Part shown: piece by piece, positions 1-8,833 of the stretch
How positions within the stretch are numbered: the first letter of the stretch is position 1
How the letters are laid out: the number at the start of each line of letters is the position of its first letter
From: Thermococcus sp.
Lineage (GTDB): Archaea; Methanobacteriota_B; Thermococci; Thermococcales; Thermococcaceae
DNA length: 32,435 nucleotides
Assembly (NCBI RefSeq): GCF_027066465.1
Contig: NZ_JAMONU010000128.1
Coordinates: 1-32,435, forward strand
Direction: 5' to 3'
Program-made: the position numbers and the translations under genes
Notes under the pieces: generated by a model
Database searches by the model: none
Seen by the model: only the letters and a program-made list of their open reading frames with translations
Told to the model about the DNA's origin: nothing

Positions 1-1
1 C

Positions 2-262
2 ATAGTCTACAACTTCGGGGGCTTCACCGACGGTGACAGGGCCGCTTTTCTGGCGGAGGAACTCGGAGCCAAAGAGATAACGCTGGTCGGCTTCGACTTC
101 GGCGAGACCGTTGGGAAGTGGAGCAAGCCCTCGCTAAAGGAGCACTCGCCGGTCTGGGAGAGCAAGCGCAGGAAGTTCGAGTTCGCGAAGGAACTGCTGG
201 AGTGGCTGGAGAAAAACGGAAGGGCGAGGATTGAGTACCTTTCTCCGGAGCTCATGGACTAA
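2..262 (+). CDS. 3' part of probable 6-hydroxymethyl-7,8-dihydropterin pyrophosphokinase (MptE/DUF115-like); runs off window start
   Basis: Frame from nt 2 reads IVYNFGGFTDGDRAAFLAEELGAKEITLVGFDFG...ELMD, with TAA at 260-262. NFGGFTDGDRA and LVGFDF are characteristic of archaeal MptE-like proteins. Not in the ORF track. Confidence 0.75.
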   Translation: MVYNFGGFTDGDRAAFLAEELGAKEITLVGFDFGETVGKWSKPSLKEHSPVWESKRRKFEFAKELLEWLEKNGRARIEYLSPELMD

Positions 263-1566
263 AACCCCACCACGAACATCTGCCAGGGATAAAACGCTAT
301 CCTATCTCCCACTTCATACTTGCTACCCAATACGATGCCCTTCTTTGCTTTCAGGCGCTCCATACTCCTTTCAACTTGGTCTTTCCTGGCCTTGCCGAGG
401 CCAACTTCCACTACGACCTTTTCCCCGCCCAGCTCGAGAACGAAGTCTGTCCCGCCCTTGCCGGGTTCGTAGCAGAGTTTGCCGTTTCTGGACTTTGCGA
501 GGAGGAACAGATAGAACGCCACGACATCTTCAAGCAACGAGGCAAAGACCTCCTTCTTCCCCAGGCTGAAGCCGGAGCCAAAGAGCAGGGCTGACTTTAT
601 CGGAACCGCTATAAACTTGATTTTCGGGCTTTTCCTCTTTGCTTTTGAGAGCGAACCGCAAGGGGGAATCCTCTGCACGAGGCCGGTCTTCTCAAGGGCA
701 TCAATCAGCTTCATAACGGTTCCCTTGGCAAGACCGAGAGTCTTTGAGAGCCTCTCGTAGCTGAAGCGTTCCCCTTTTGGCGTTGCAAGCAGGTAGAGGA
801 GGTCAAGGGTTTTGTCAAGTGTTTCTGTATCGAACTCGTGCACGTCCCTGAGGTCGCGGTAAATAACCCTGTCGAGCATCGCGGTCAGGCGCTCGTAGAC
901 TTCCCACTCCTCCATTTCGAGAATCAATGGCATCGAACCGGCCCTTACGTAGAGCTCCACATCTTCCGTTATTGGGGGCATTGAAACTTCTTGTCCCCGA
1001 AGGATTTTCTCCATTAGCTCGGGAAGTTCGCGACCGGTTTTAAGGAGGTGGTATTCCCTGAACGTCATCGGGAACAGCTCCCTGTGCAGTGCCCGTCTCG
1101 CAAGGTCCGGGCTCTCCCTGAGCTTTATCGCCGATGAACCGGTGGCAATTATGAGAAACCGCCTCTCATCGTGGAGGAGTTTGAGCTTTAAATCCCAGTC
1201 CCTTTCGTACTGCACCTCGTCGAGCAGGAGCACCGCGTTCTTGGGTTGAACGAGACGCCTGTAGGCGTCAATTACCTCCAGCAGTTCCAGACCAAGGGCC
1301 TTCAGCCTGTCGAGCGAGAGGTAAAGGACGTTGTTCGGGCTCGTTCTCTTTATGGCCTCAAAGTACAGCTGGGCGAGAAGGGTCGTTTTCCCAACTCCCC
1401 TTATGCCGAGCAGAAGAACAGTGTCTGGAGTTCCTTTTTCAAGATACGCGTTCAGTTTTGAGGAGAGCCAGTGATACCGCTCCCTTCTGTGGGGCTTGTT
1501 GTACGGAGCGAGCAGGTTTTGGGTGTTGAGAAGGTGCTCCAAAATAAAGTCATCGAGTTGAACCAT
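259..1566 (-). CDS. AAA+ superfamily ATPase (AAA_14 + winged helix + DUF4143-like C-terminus)
   Basis: Walker A GIRGVGKT, Walker B LLLDEVQ, TGSS motif, HTH-like FSYERLSKTLGLAKGTVMKLIDALEKTGLV, C-terminal TDFV..VVVEVG. Start moved to ATG 1566 (GGTGA RBS at 1572-1576, TATA at ~1601-1607). Confidence 0.85.
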   Translation of the reverse strand: MVQLDDFILEHLLNTQNLLAPYNKPHRRERYHWLSSKLNAYLEKGTPDTVLLLGIRGVGKTTLLAQLYFEAIKRTSPNNVLYLSLDRLKALGLELLEVIDAYRRLVQPKNAVLLLDEVQYERDWDLKLKLLHDERRFLIIATGSSAIKLRESPDLARRALHRELFPMTFREYHLLKTGRELPELMEKILRGQEVSMPPITEDVELYVRAGSMPLILEMEEWEVYERLTAMLDRVIYRDLRDVHEFDTETLDKTLDLLYLLATPKGERFSYERLSKTLGLAKGTVMKLIDALEKTGLVQRIPPCGSLSKAKRKSPKIKFIAVPIKSALLFGSGFSLGKKEVFASLLEDVVAFYLFLLAKSRNGKLCYEPGKGGTDFVLELGGEKVVVEVGLGKARKDQVERSMERLKAKKGIVLGSKYEVGDRIAFYPWQMFVVGF

Positions 1567-1577
1567 AATATCACCAT

Positions 1578-1608
1578 TTTGGTCATTTGAATGACCAAAC
1601 TTATAAAG
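1578..1608 (-). promoter_or_regulatory. TATA box plus perfect inverted repeat (putative operator) of the AAA ATPase gene
   Basis: TTTGGTCATT-tg-AATGACCAAA (1578-1599) lies immediately downstream of minus-strand CTTTATAA. Confidence 0.6.
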
Positions 1609-1703
1609 GTTGTCCAATCGACCGGCCGTTTGAATGTCGGAGCATTAGGATTAAGAAAGGCCCACTCTGGCTTTACATGGCTCTAAAATTTAGAAATTGG
1701 AAA

Positions 1704-2531
1704 TCAGCCCAAATCCTTGAGCTTCTTGACCTTTCCGCCCTTTATCTCGACGTAGCCGAGCCTCTTGAGAAGCTTGAGGGTTTCTTCGAGGGCATCCCTG
1801 GAGTAGTTTATCACGAGAGTTCCCTTTGGAGTGGGCACCGCTATCGGCGACGCCCTCATGAACGTTTTCACAAGCTCTTCTTCCGAAACTTTCCTGTCGC
1901 CGAGGGCCTTCAGCATCTCCTCCGCGAGGATTGCCCTGCCCACGAGGGCGAAGTAAACCTTCAGAAGGGTGTCCTCCGGGAAGTACTTGCTGGCTACCTT
2001 GCCGAGGGCGTTTATCTTAGCTATTTCGAGTTCCAGAATTTTAAACTCGTATTCGATGAGAAGGTCAACGAAGGCGAACTGCTTCACGTGCTTTTCCACA
2101 GCTTCCGGATTGTGGACGAGGTTGAAGGGGAACTTGAACTCGAACTTAAGCTCGTCCACGTTGATTCCCTCTTTGAGCTTGACGTTTACCCCATCGTACT
2201 CTATCGCCCCGTTCTTGTAGAGCTGGTCGAGGAGCTCGGCCACCCACAGTCCTTCTTTGAGGAGCTCGTCGGCCTTTTCTCCCGCCTTGAGGTGCTCGAG
2301 GACGTGGTTCAGGCTCTCCTTAAAGGATGTGAACCCCTCCTTCAGGGCCTCAACGTCAGCCCCTTCAAGGTTCTCAATCTTCTCCTCAATCTCCCTCAGG
2401 GTTCCCTCTATTACGTACCCCACGAAGCCGTCAAAACCCTCCCTAGGGCGCATCTCAAAGAGTATTCTCTCCTTCCTCAGCTCCTCGATTAAAGCCCTCT
2501 TAACGGCCTCGCTTTTCGTGACGAGCCTCAT
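1704..2531 (-). CDS. Hypothetical protein with possible C-terminal winged helix
   Basis: Typical Glu/Lys-rich composition from MRLVTKSEAV (ATG 2531, GGTGG RBS). C-terminus EETLKLLKRLGYVEIKGGKV resembles a wHTH wing. Confidence 0.75.
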   Translation of the reverse strand: MRLVTKSEAVKRALIEELRKERILFEMRPREGFDGFVGYVIEGTLREIEEKIENLEGADVEALKEGFTSFKESLNHVLEHLKAGEKADELLKEGLWVAELLDQLYKNGAIEYDGVNVKLKEGINVDELKFEFKFPFNLVHNPEAVEKHVKQFAFVDLLIEYEFKILELEIAKINALGKVASKYFPEDTLLKVYFALVGRAILAEEMLKALGDRKVSEEELVKTFMRASPIAVPTPKGTLVINYSRDALEETLKLLKRLGYVEIKGGKVKKLKDLG

Positions 2532-2625
2532 AACACCACCGATTGGACGGAGAGGAAAAGCCCTTAAAGACTTTTGGGTCGGGAAAGTATTAAAAGACCC
2601 AGGCGTAGGGTGAGCGGTGGTGGAG

Positions 2626-2841
2626 ATGGGGGAGGGCCAGTATCTCCTCGACAGAACTCTGGAGCGGTGGAAGGGGAAGAGGGTAGCGGTCGGCGTTGGG
2701 AGCGAGACGAGCTTTTCTGGGCTGCTTGAGGATTTTGATGAGGAGGTCATACTCCTCAGGGAGGTCACGGATTACGCTGGCAACAGGGCCAAGGAGCTGA
2801 TAGTCAAGATAGACGACCTCAACTGGATAACCCTGCTGTGA
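2626..2841 (+). CDS. LSm/Sm-like family protein
   Basis: 71 aa. LERWKGKRVAVGV...FSGLLEDFDEEVILLREV matches the Sm1 pattern and LIVKIDDLNWI matches Sm2. TATTAAAA promoter at ~2588. Confidence 0.75.
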   Translation: MGEGQYLLDRTLERWKGKRVAVGVGSETSFSGLLEDFDEEVILLREVTDYAGNRAKELIVKIDDLNWITLL

Positions 2842-2850
2842 GGTGGGAGC

Positions 2851-3585
2851 ATGAGGGGGGTTGCCTTCGTCGGCTTCAAGAAGAGCGGGAAGACGACGAC
2901 GGTTGAGGCCGTCGCAAGGGTTCTTAAGGAGCGCGGCTACCGCGTGGCAATAGCGAAGAGCATGCACGCGGACTTTGACAGAGAAGGGAGCGACACCTGG
3001 CGGTTCTCTAAAATAGCCGATGCCGTTCTCGTCAGGGCGCACGACACCGATGCGGTGCTTTTCAAGGCTAAGGACATAAACGCGCTCTTCTCGATGGTTT
3101 CGGCGGATTTTCTCCTCCTCGAGGGTTTCAAATCAATCCAGCACGTTCCAAAGGTGATATGCGCGAGGAGCGAGGAGGACGTTAGAGAGCTTAACGACGG
3201 CCTCGCCATAGCTGTGAGCGGGGTCATAGCTTCGACGGGGGTTGAGGAAATTGACGGCCTCCCGGTTATTGATGCGACGAGGGAACCCGAGAGGCTCGCC
3301 GACCTCGTCGAGAAAAGGGCATTTATGTTGCCAAATATAGACTGCGGTCTCTGCGGCTTTAAATGCTCGGAAATGGCAAGGATGATAGTCAAGGGCGAGA
3401 AAACGCTCAAGGACTGCGTTGTTTTAAGCTCGAAGCCCAAAGTCACGGTCAAGATAGACGGTCAGGTTCTGCCGATGAAGGACTGGGTGCAGGAGCTCGT
3501 GGAGAAGACGATAAAGGGCATGCTCTCGGCCATGAAGGGTTACCGCGAGGGCAGAAGGATAGAGATAGTGATTAGGGACGAGTAA
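2851..3585 (+). CDS. mobB: Molybdopterin-guanine dinucleotide biosynthesis protein B with C-terminal Fe-S domain
   Basis: GFKKSGKTT P-loop, DREGSDTWRF, LLLEGFK, and CGLCGFKC...C cluster motif. Confidence 0.9.
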   Translation: MRGVAFVGFKKSGKTTTVEAVARVLKERGYRVAIAKSMHADFDREGSDTWRFSKIADAVLVRAHDTDAVLFKAKDINALFSMVSADFLLLEGFKSIQHVPKVICARSEEDVRELNDGLAIAVSGVIASTGVEEIDGLPVIDATREPERLADLVEKRAFMLPNIDCGLCGFKCSEMARMIVKGEKTLKDCVVLSSKPKVTVKIDGQVLPMKDWVQELVEKTIKGMLSAMKGYREGRRIEIVIRDE

Positions 3586-3597
3586 CACTGTGAGTTC

Positions 3598-3939
3598 CTA
3601 AGTGGTTTTAATCCTGACTTCCTCAACCTTATCGTTCCTTAAGACCCTTCCCTCAGCGTCTTTCTCACTGGGCAGGGGAGGACACCTCAGGTGGGAGTGG
3701 TAGATTCCCACAAGCTCCAGACCCTTCCTTTCAGCGTTTTCAATGGCCCTGATGGCCTCCGTGGGTTCCATCCTGAAACCCATCTCAGAGCCGAGGCTGT
3801 TTGGAACCCCAACTACCTCCTCAACGAGGGGTTCTCCCTGCGATTTTCGGCCGAAGAGGAGACCACAGATTTCTATCTTTGACTTCCTGGCCCTTTCAAT
3901 GACCATGCTTAAATATTCCTGTCGTATTGACAGCTTCAT
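3598..3939 (-). CDS. JAMM/MPN+ (M67) metallopeptidase, desampylase-like; possibly internally deleted
   Basis: EICGLLFG plus H-S-H-x7-S-x2-D (HSHLRCPPLPSEKD). Only 113 aa. Confidence 0.8.
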   Translation of the reverse strand: MKLSIRQEYLSMVIERARKSKIEICGLLFGRKSQGEPLVEEVVGVPNSLGSEMGFRMEPTEAIRAIENAERKGLELVGIYHSHLRCPPLPSEKDAEGRVLRNDKVEEVRIKTT

Positions 3940-4004
3940 GGTTCAAATCTGGCCCCGCTAAACTTATAAAGTTTGACAGAATGACAAAACCCTGCGGTGA
4001 TACC

Positions 4005-4154
4005 ATGAGGTGGGCCTTGACCCTTCATGGTGGGGAACACCACGGGGAGACAATCGTGATTGAAGTCGAAACCGCCGATGAGGCCAGACGGGTGGCCCTG
4101 AGGGAGCTTAAAAGGAGAGAAGCAATGGTATACGAACTCGAAAAACTTGAATGA
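4005..4154 (+). CDS. Small hypothetical protein (49 aa)
   Basis: MRWALTLHGGEHHGETIVIEVETADEARRVALRELKRREAMVYELEKLE. GGTGA RBS at 3996-4000, TTATAAA at 3964-3970, T-rich tract downstream. Confidence 0.7.
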   Translation: MRWALTLHGGEHHGETIVIEVETADEARRVALRELKRREAMVYELEKLE

Positions 4155-4171
4155 GAAATTTTCTTCCCTCT

Positions 4172-4930
4172 TTAAGTCCCGTCTATCTTCATCAGCCAGT
4201 GGTCTTTTACGCTCACAGTTGCTTCACGCTGAAACTTTGTGCGCCTCTCCTTTTCCTCCCTGACTGCAGGGAGGAGGAGATACACTGCCACCACAAAGGC
4301 CGCTATTGCCAGCAGGAGGAGCACACACGATATCACGTAGTTGCCCAGCGAAAGGTAGTGGTCGAGCAGGGCGTGGGTAACGTAGGGGGAGCTGCCTATT
4401 AATGCTCCCTCGAGCTTCCTACCCTTCAGGACAAGGATTATCCCAGCCATCAGGGTGGGGGTCATCAGCGGATGTATCGCCCTTGAGAGCCACATTGATA
4501 GGAGTTCCCATGTCGAGGGGTATTCGTACACCAGAGAGTGGTTGATTCCCTCCCAAACGCCAAATGTCAGTCCCGAGAGAAAGGCAAGCGATAGCCTGAT
4601 GTCCGTCCACGCCGATTCCTCTTTGGCTATAAACACCCCGAGGGCCGCTACGAGAAGCTTCAGGGTTTCTTCCGTTAGGGATATCTCAAAGCCGTAGCCT
4701 ATTGAGATTGCCGTTGCATTCGGGTTGGTCAGAGGTGAGAACGAGAACTCGATTATCGAGTTCACGAAGAGGAAGACGAGGGCACCGAAGAAAACGACGA
4801 GACCAACGGACAGCATTGAGGGGAACTTCGGCCTTACTTTAAGCAGAAACCACAGGATTGCCGCCAGCGGCCCAGCTGTGAAGAGAGCCTGGAAAACGAG
4901 CATCCAGTACGTTAACTCCAACGAAACCAC
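4172..4930 (-). CDS. PrsW-family intramembrane glutamic/metalloprotease
   Basis: Multiple TM segments with EETLK, GLTFGVWEG, RAIHP and HALLD motifs. GTG start. Confidence 0.75.
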   Translation of the reverse strand: MVSLELTYWMLVFQALFTAGPLAAILWFLLKVRPKFPSMLSVGLVVFFGALVFLFVNSIIEFSFSPLTNPNATAISIGYGFEISLTEETLKLLVAALGVFIAKEESAWTDIRLSLAFLSGLTFGVWEGINHSLVYEYPSTWELLSMWLSRAIHPLMTPTLMAGIILVLKGRKLEGALIGSSPYVTHALLDHYLSLGNYVISCVLLLLAIAAFVVAVYLLLPAVREEKERRTKFQREATVSVKDHWLMKIDGT

Positions 4931-4989
4931 CTATTAAAATTCGAGATTTGAACTTATTAACTTTACCCTATAATAAAAGAAAAATGGAA

Positions 4990-5235
4990 TCAGCTCTTCC
5001 CCTCAATCTCTATGACCTTGACGTTTATGGGCAGTTCCTTGAGTTCGTTTGCAACCCTTTCGGCGGCCCTGTTGGAGCGGGCGAGCATGACGAAGGCAAC
5101 GTCGCCCTTGTAGCGGGCCTCGGTGAAGCTTATTATGTCTCCCCTAGCTATGCCGTAGCCTATGGCCTTCCTTACCTCGTCCTCGTACTTTGTAACGAAC
5201 TTCTCGGGTATGCTCAGGAGCACCCCATAAATCAT
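4990..5235 (-). CDS. Small hypothetical protein (81 aa)
   Basis: MIYGVLLSIPEKF...; GGAGGTGA RBS; ATGA overlap with the upstream gene. Confidence 0.8.
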   Translation of the reverse strand: MIYGVLLSIPEKFVTKYEDEVRKAIGYGIARGDIISFTEARYKGDVAFVMLARSNRAAERVANELKELPINVKVIEIEGKS

Positions 5236-5702
5236 CCTATCACCTCCTTTCCGCTTTCCAGACCGAGCAGGAAGAGGATTAACCCGGTCCACGTGAGGAT
5301 GAAGTAAACCATGATGCTAATCAGGTGAAGTGGAACGGCGATGACCATTATCATCCCGCCCGTTCTCGTGTAGGGAAGCCTAAGACCGGCCGCGACGCGG
5401 TAGACGTAGTAAACCGCCACAGTTTGGAGCGCCGTAAACGCCAGCAGTACCGCCCACTCTACGGCAGGCCCCGCCTGGACTGGGGTTATTCCGAGTGTCT
5501 TCGTCCAGCCGGAAAGCCCGAGAACGACCTTCGCCCCGTAGAGGGGCAGAGAGAGTCCTATAAAAAGGGTGGACTTCCTCCATTCCTCCCGGAATTCTTC
5601 CCACTCCCTCGCGAGGAGCAGGAGCGGGACTATCGAGAGTGGATAGAGGTACATCATCAGAACTACCGCAAGAAAAACCAAAACCCCAAGCTTCCTCCTC
5701 AT
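5232..5702 (-). CDS. Hypothetical membrane protein
   Basis: 156 aa, about 5 hydrophobic segments, GAGGTGG RBS. Confidence 0.8.
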   Translation of the reverse strand: MRRKLGVLVFLAVVLMMYLYPLSIVPLLLLAREWEEFREEWRKSTLFIGLSLPLYGAKVVLGLSGWTKTLGITPVQAGPAVEWAVLLAFTALQTVAVYYVYRVAAGLRLPYTRTGGMIMVIAVPLHLISIMVYFILTWTGLILFLLGLESGKEVIG

Positions 5703-5758
5703 CGAACCACCTCAGAGGATAGAACGGAAGAAGTTAAAAATGTGAAGGTGCCACGCGG

Positions 5759-8149
5759 TCAGCCGCGTGACTGCTTGAACTGCTCCTGTATCTTCCTGTA
5801 GTACTCCATCGTCTCCTTGCTCACCGACGGCCCAATCTTTTTCAGGGCCTCCTCGAAGTCCTTCATGGTGACCTTGACCTTTCTCCTGATTTCGTCGGCC
5901 TTCATGCCGGGCTTGATGATGCCCTCTTGGAGCGCCCTCCTCATGGCAAGCATCGCGGCCTCTCTGACGACGGCCTCGATGTCGGCACCGGTGTAGCCCT
6001 CGGTTCTCTTGGCGAGCTCCTCGAGGTTCACGTCTTCCGCGAGCGGGACCTTTCTGGTGTGCACCTTGAATATCTCAAGCCTGGCCTTCTCGTCCGGAGC
6101 TGGCACGAGTATCAGCCTGTCAAAGCGCCCAGGCCTGAGCAGGGCCGGATCGATGATATCCGGCCTATTAGTAGCACCAATTACAACGACACCGCTGTTC
6201 TCCTGGATTCCATCCATCTCGGTGAGGAGCTGGTTGATGAGCCTGTCCGTAACGCGGTTGACGTCGGTTCCCCTGCGCGGAGCTATCGCGTCAATCTCGT
6301 CGATGAATATCACCGTTGGGGCCGCCTGGCGGGCCTTCCTGAATATCTCCCTGATGTTCTTCTCGCTCTCGCCGACCCACTTGCTGAGCACCTCTGGACC
6401 CTTGATGGCAATGAAGTTTGCCTCGCTCTCGTTTGCTACCGCCTTCGCGAGGAGGGTTTTACCGGTTCCCGGCGGACCGTAGAGGAGTATGCCCTTCGGC
6501 GGGGTGATTCCGAGTCCTCTGAAGGCCTCCGGGTATTTGAGTGGCCATTCTACTGCTTCTCTGAGTTCTTGTTTGACGTCTTCGAGGCCGCCTATGTCTT
6601 CCCAGTGGACGTTTGGAACTTCTATGAGGACTTCTCTGAGTGCTGAGGGCTCGACCATCTTCAGCGCCTCATAGAAGTCCTTCCTCGTGACCTTGAGCTC
6701 CTCGAGGACTTCCCTGGGTATGTGCTCGGCCTCGAAGTCAATCTTACCCTCGTTTATGAGCCTTCTGAGTGCAGCCATTGCGGCTTCTCTTGCCAGCGCC
6801 GCAAGGTCGGCACCGACGAATCCGTGCGTTATCTCGGCCAGCTCCTCCAGCAGAGCGTCGATGAGCCTCGCCTTGACCTCGTCGTAGAGCCTCTCGTCGA
6901 GCTCCCTGAGGGCTCTCTTTATCTCCTCCTCGTCCTTCGCCTTCTCGACCTTCTCTATGGCCCCCTCTATAACGTCCCTGAACCTCTCGTCGCCGCGGAG
7001 CTTCTCGAGTATCTCCAGCACCTTGTCCCTCCTGAAGTCCGGCTCGATTGGCATTCCTCTGGTGTGTATCTGGAGTATTTCTTTTCTTCCCTGCTTGTCC
7101 GGGACGCCGACCTCTATCTCCCTGTCGAACCTTCCAGGCCTCCTCAAGGCCGGGTCGATGGCATCTGGTCTGTTGGTTGCACCGATGACTATGACCTTGC
7201 CCCTGCTCTTCAGACCGTCCATCAGCGTGAGTAGCTGCGAAACAACCCTCTTCTCGACCTCACCGTGAGTCTCCTCTCTCTTCGGGGCGATGCTGTCAAT
7301 CTCGTCGATGAAGATTATCGCCGGTGCGTTCTCTTCCGCTTCTTTGAAGACCTCCCTAAGGCGTTCCTCACTCTCACCGTAGTACTTGCTCATTATTTCA
7401 GGCCCGTTGATGGCTATGAAGTGTGCGTTAGCTTCGTTGGCGACGGCTTTAGCGAGTAGTGTTTTTCCTGTTCCGGGTGGACCGTAGAGGAGAACACCCT
7501 TCGGAGGCTCGATGCCGAGCTTCTCGAATATCTCCGGGTGCTTGAGCGGAAGCTCAATCATCTCCCTGACCTTCTGGATGACATCCTTCAGGCCACCAAT
7601 GTCCTCATAGGTAACGCCGAGCGTGGCAGTCTTGGCGACCTCCTTGACGGGCTTCTCGCTGACTTCAAACTCTGTGAATTCAGTTATCTGGACTATTCCG
7701 GCCGGAGTCGTTGCGGTGACGACGAAGGTGAGCTCCTGACCGAGGATTCCTACCTTTATGTAGTCTCCCCTGACGACGGGCCTGCCGACGAGCCTGCTGT
7801 GGAGCCACTCGACGAAGTCCCTTCCAAATCTAATCGGCTCTGTCGGAGCAACGATGACCTTCTTCGCCTCCTTAACGTCGGCCTTTCTCACGGTAACCTC
7901 GTCGCCGAGTCCAACTCCGGCGTTCTTTCTGATGGTTCCGTCCATTCTTATGATGTTGAGTCCCTCGTCCTCCGGATAAGCCGGCCAGACGACCGCTGCA
8001 GTGTTTTTGGTTCCGATAATCTCGACTATGTCGCCCGGCTGAACGCCAAGCTCGCGCATCGCGTTCCTGTCAATCCTGACGATTCCCCTACCAACGTCCC
8101 TCTGGTAAGCGGACGCAACCTTAAGCTTGATTTCCTTCCTCTCGCTCAT
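5759..8149 (-). CDS. cdc48: CDC48/VCP (VAT)-family AAA+ ATPase
   Basis: N-domain ([10 protein letters not shown]), two AAA modules each with [14 protein letters not shown] and [14 protein letters not shown] 8149 with GGAGGTGG RBS. Confidence 0.97.
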   Translation of the reverse strand: MSERKEIKLKVASAYQRDVGRGIVRIDRNAMRELGVQPGDIVEIIGTKNTAAVVWPAYPEDEGLNIIRMDGTIRKNAGVGLGDEVTVRKADVKEAKKVIVAPTEPIRFGRDFVEWLHSRLVGRPVVRGDYIKVGILGQELTFVVTATTPAGIVQITEFTEFEVSEKPVKEVAKTATLGVTYEDIGGLKDVIQKVREMIELPLKHPEIFEKLGIEPPKGVLLYGPPGTGKTLLAKAVANEANAHFIAINGPEIMSKYYGESEERLREVFKEAEENAPAIIFIDEIDSIAPKREETHGEVEKRVVSQLLTLMDGLKSRGKVIVIGATNRPDAIDPALRRPGRFDREIEVGVPDKQGRKEILQIHTRGMPIEPDFRRDKVLEILEKLRGDERFRDVIEGAIEKVEKAKDEEEIKRALRELDERLYDEVKARLIDALLEELAEITHGFVGADLAALAREAAMAALRRLINEGKIDFEAEHIPREVLEELKVTRKDFYEALKMVEPSALREVLIEVPNVHWEDIGGLEDVKQELREAVEWPLKYPEAFRGLGITPPKGILLYGPPGTGKTLLAKAVANESEANFIAIKGPEVLSKWVGESEKNIREIFRKARQAAPTVIFIDEIDAIAPRRGTDVNRVTDRLINQLLTEMDGIQENSGVVVIGATNRPDIIDPALLRPGRFDRLILVPAPDEKARLEIFKVHTRKVPLAEDVNLEELAKRTEGYTGADIEAVVREAAMLAMRRALQEGIIKPGMKADEIRRKVKVTMKDFEEALKKIGPSVSKETMEYYRKIQEQFKQSRG

Positions 8150-8224
8150 GTACACCACCTCCGTTTTGTGAGCGATGATTGGGAGGACCTTATTTTACCC
8201 AATTAAATGAAAACAACGAAAGGG

Positions 8225-8716
8225 TCACTCAATCTTAACCTCGAAGCCCTCGCCTTCAGACTTCTTTGGGGCCTTCTTGGGGAGCTCGATTTCGAGGACG
8301 CCGTTGTTGTAGCGGGCCTTGGCTTTCTCGGGAATGACCTCCTCCGGAAGCCTGATGACCCTCCTGTAGCCGCTGTAGTAGCGCTCGATTCTTATCGCGC
8401 CCTCCTCCTCAAGCTCCTTCTCGCGCCTTATCTGGGCCTCGATGTAAACGGTGTCTTCCGTAACCCTGAGCTTGATGTCCTCCTTTCTGACTCCTGGGAG
8501 CTCAACGGTGATGACGAACTTGTCTCCCCTGTCGAAGATGTCCACGAAGGGCTCTCTCCAGGTCTCGGCTGTGAACTCGTAGCGCTCCCTGGGCTCGCGG
8601 TAGCTCCAGATTCTCGGCCCCCTGAAGAAGTCCCTGAAGATGGCGTCAATCTCCTCCTGGATTTCCCTCATTATGTCGAAGGGGTCCCAGTAGTAGCGGT
8701 CCCTCCTCCAGACCAT
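8225..8716 (-). CDS. hsp20: Small heat shock protein (Hsp20/alpha-crystallin)
   Basis: WDPFD N-terminus, PFVDI..ELPGVRKEDI, AKARYNNGVLEIELPK, C-terminal VKI (IxI) motif. Confidence 0.96.
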   Translation of the reverse strand: MVWRRDRYYWDPFDIMREIQEEIDAIFRDFFRGPRIWSYREPRERYEFTAETWREPFVDIFDRGDKFVITVELPGVRKEDIKLRVTEDTVYIEAQIRREKELEEEGAIRIERYYSGYRRVIRLPEEVIPEKAKARYNNGVLEIELPKKAPKKSEGEGFEVKIE

Positions 8717-8742
8717 CGGGCATCACCTCCCGACGGCCTCTA

Positions 8743-8790
8743 TTTTGGTTACCGATAGTTACTAAAAAGGAACCCTTTATAAACTTTTCG
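8743..8790 (-). promoter_or_regulatory. hsp20-cdc48 promoter with Phr heat-shock repressor box
   Basis: Minus strand CGAAAAG-TTTATAAA (BRE/TATA, 8790-8776), then TTTAGTAACTATCGGTAACCAAAA (8766-8743), which fits the Thermococcales Phr pattern TTTAnnnACnnnnnGTnAnnAAAA. Confidence 0.85.
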
Positions 8791-8833
8791 ATTTACTATA
8801 CAAAAGGTGACTAAAATTCGATGGAGAAGAGCA

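Noticed and set aside
1587-2492. 301-aa plus-strand ORF and many other long antisense ORFs (e.g. 5927-6646, 7538-8206, 12726-13337, 28710-29393)
   Set aside because: They are shadows of real genes on the opposite strand caused by codon bias; they lack RBSs and family motifs.
5759-8149. Possible intein in CDC48
   Set aside because: Length is normal, and there are no Cys/Ser...His-Asn splice junctions or LAGLIDADG motifs.
8177-8203. ATTGGG...CCCAAT hairpin between hsp20 and cdc48 as a thermosensor
   Set aside because: Only a 6-bp stem with a long loop, and it does not cover the RBS; insufficient support.
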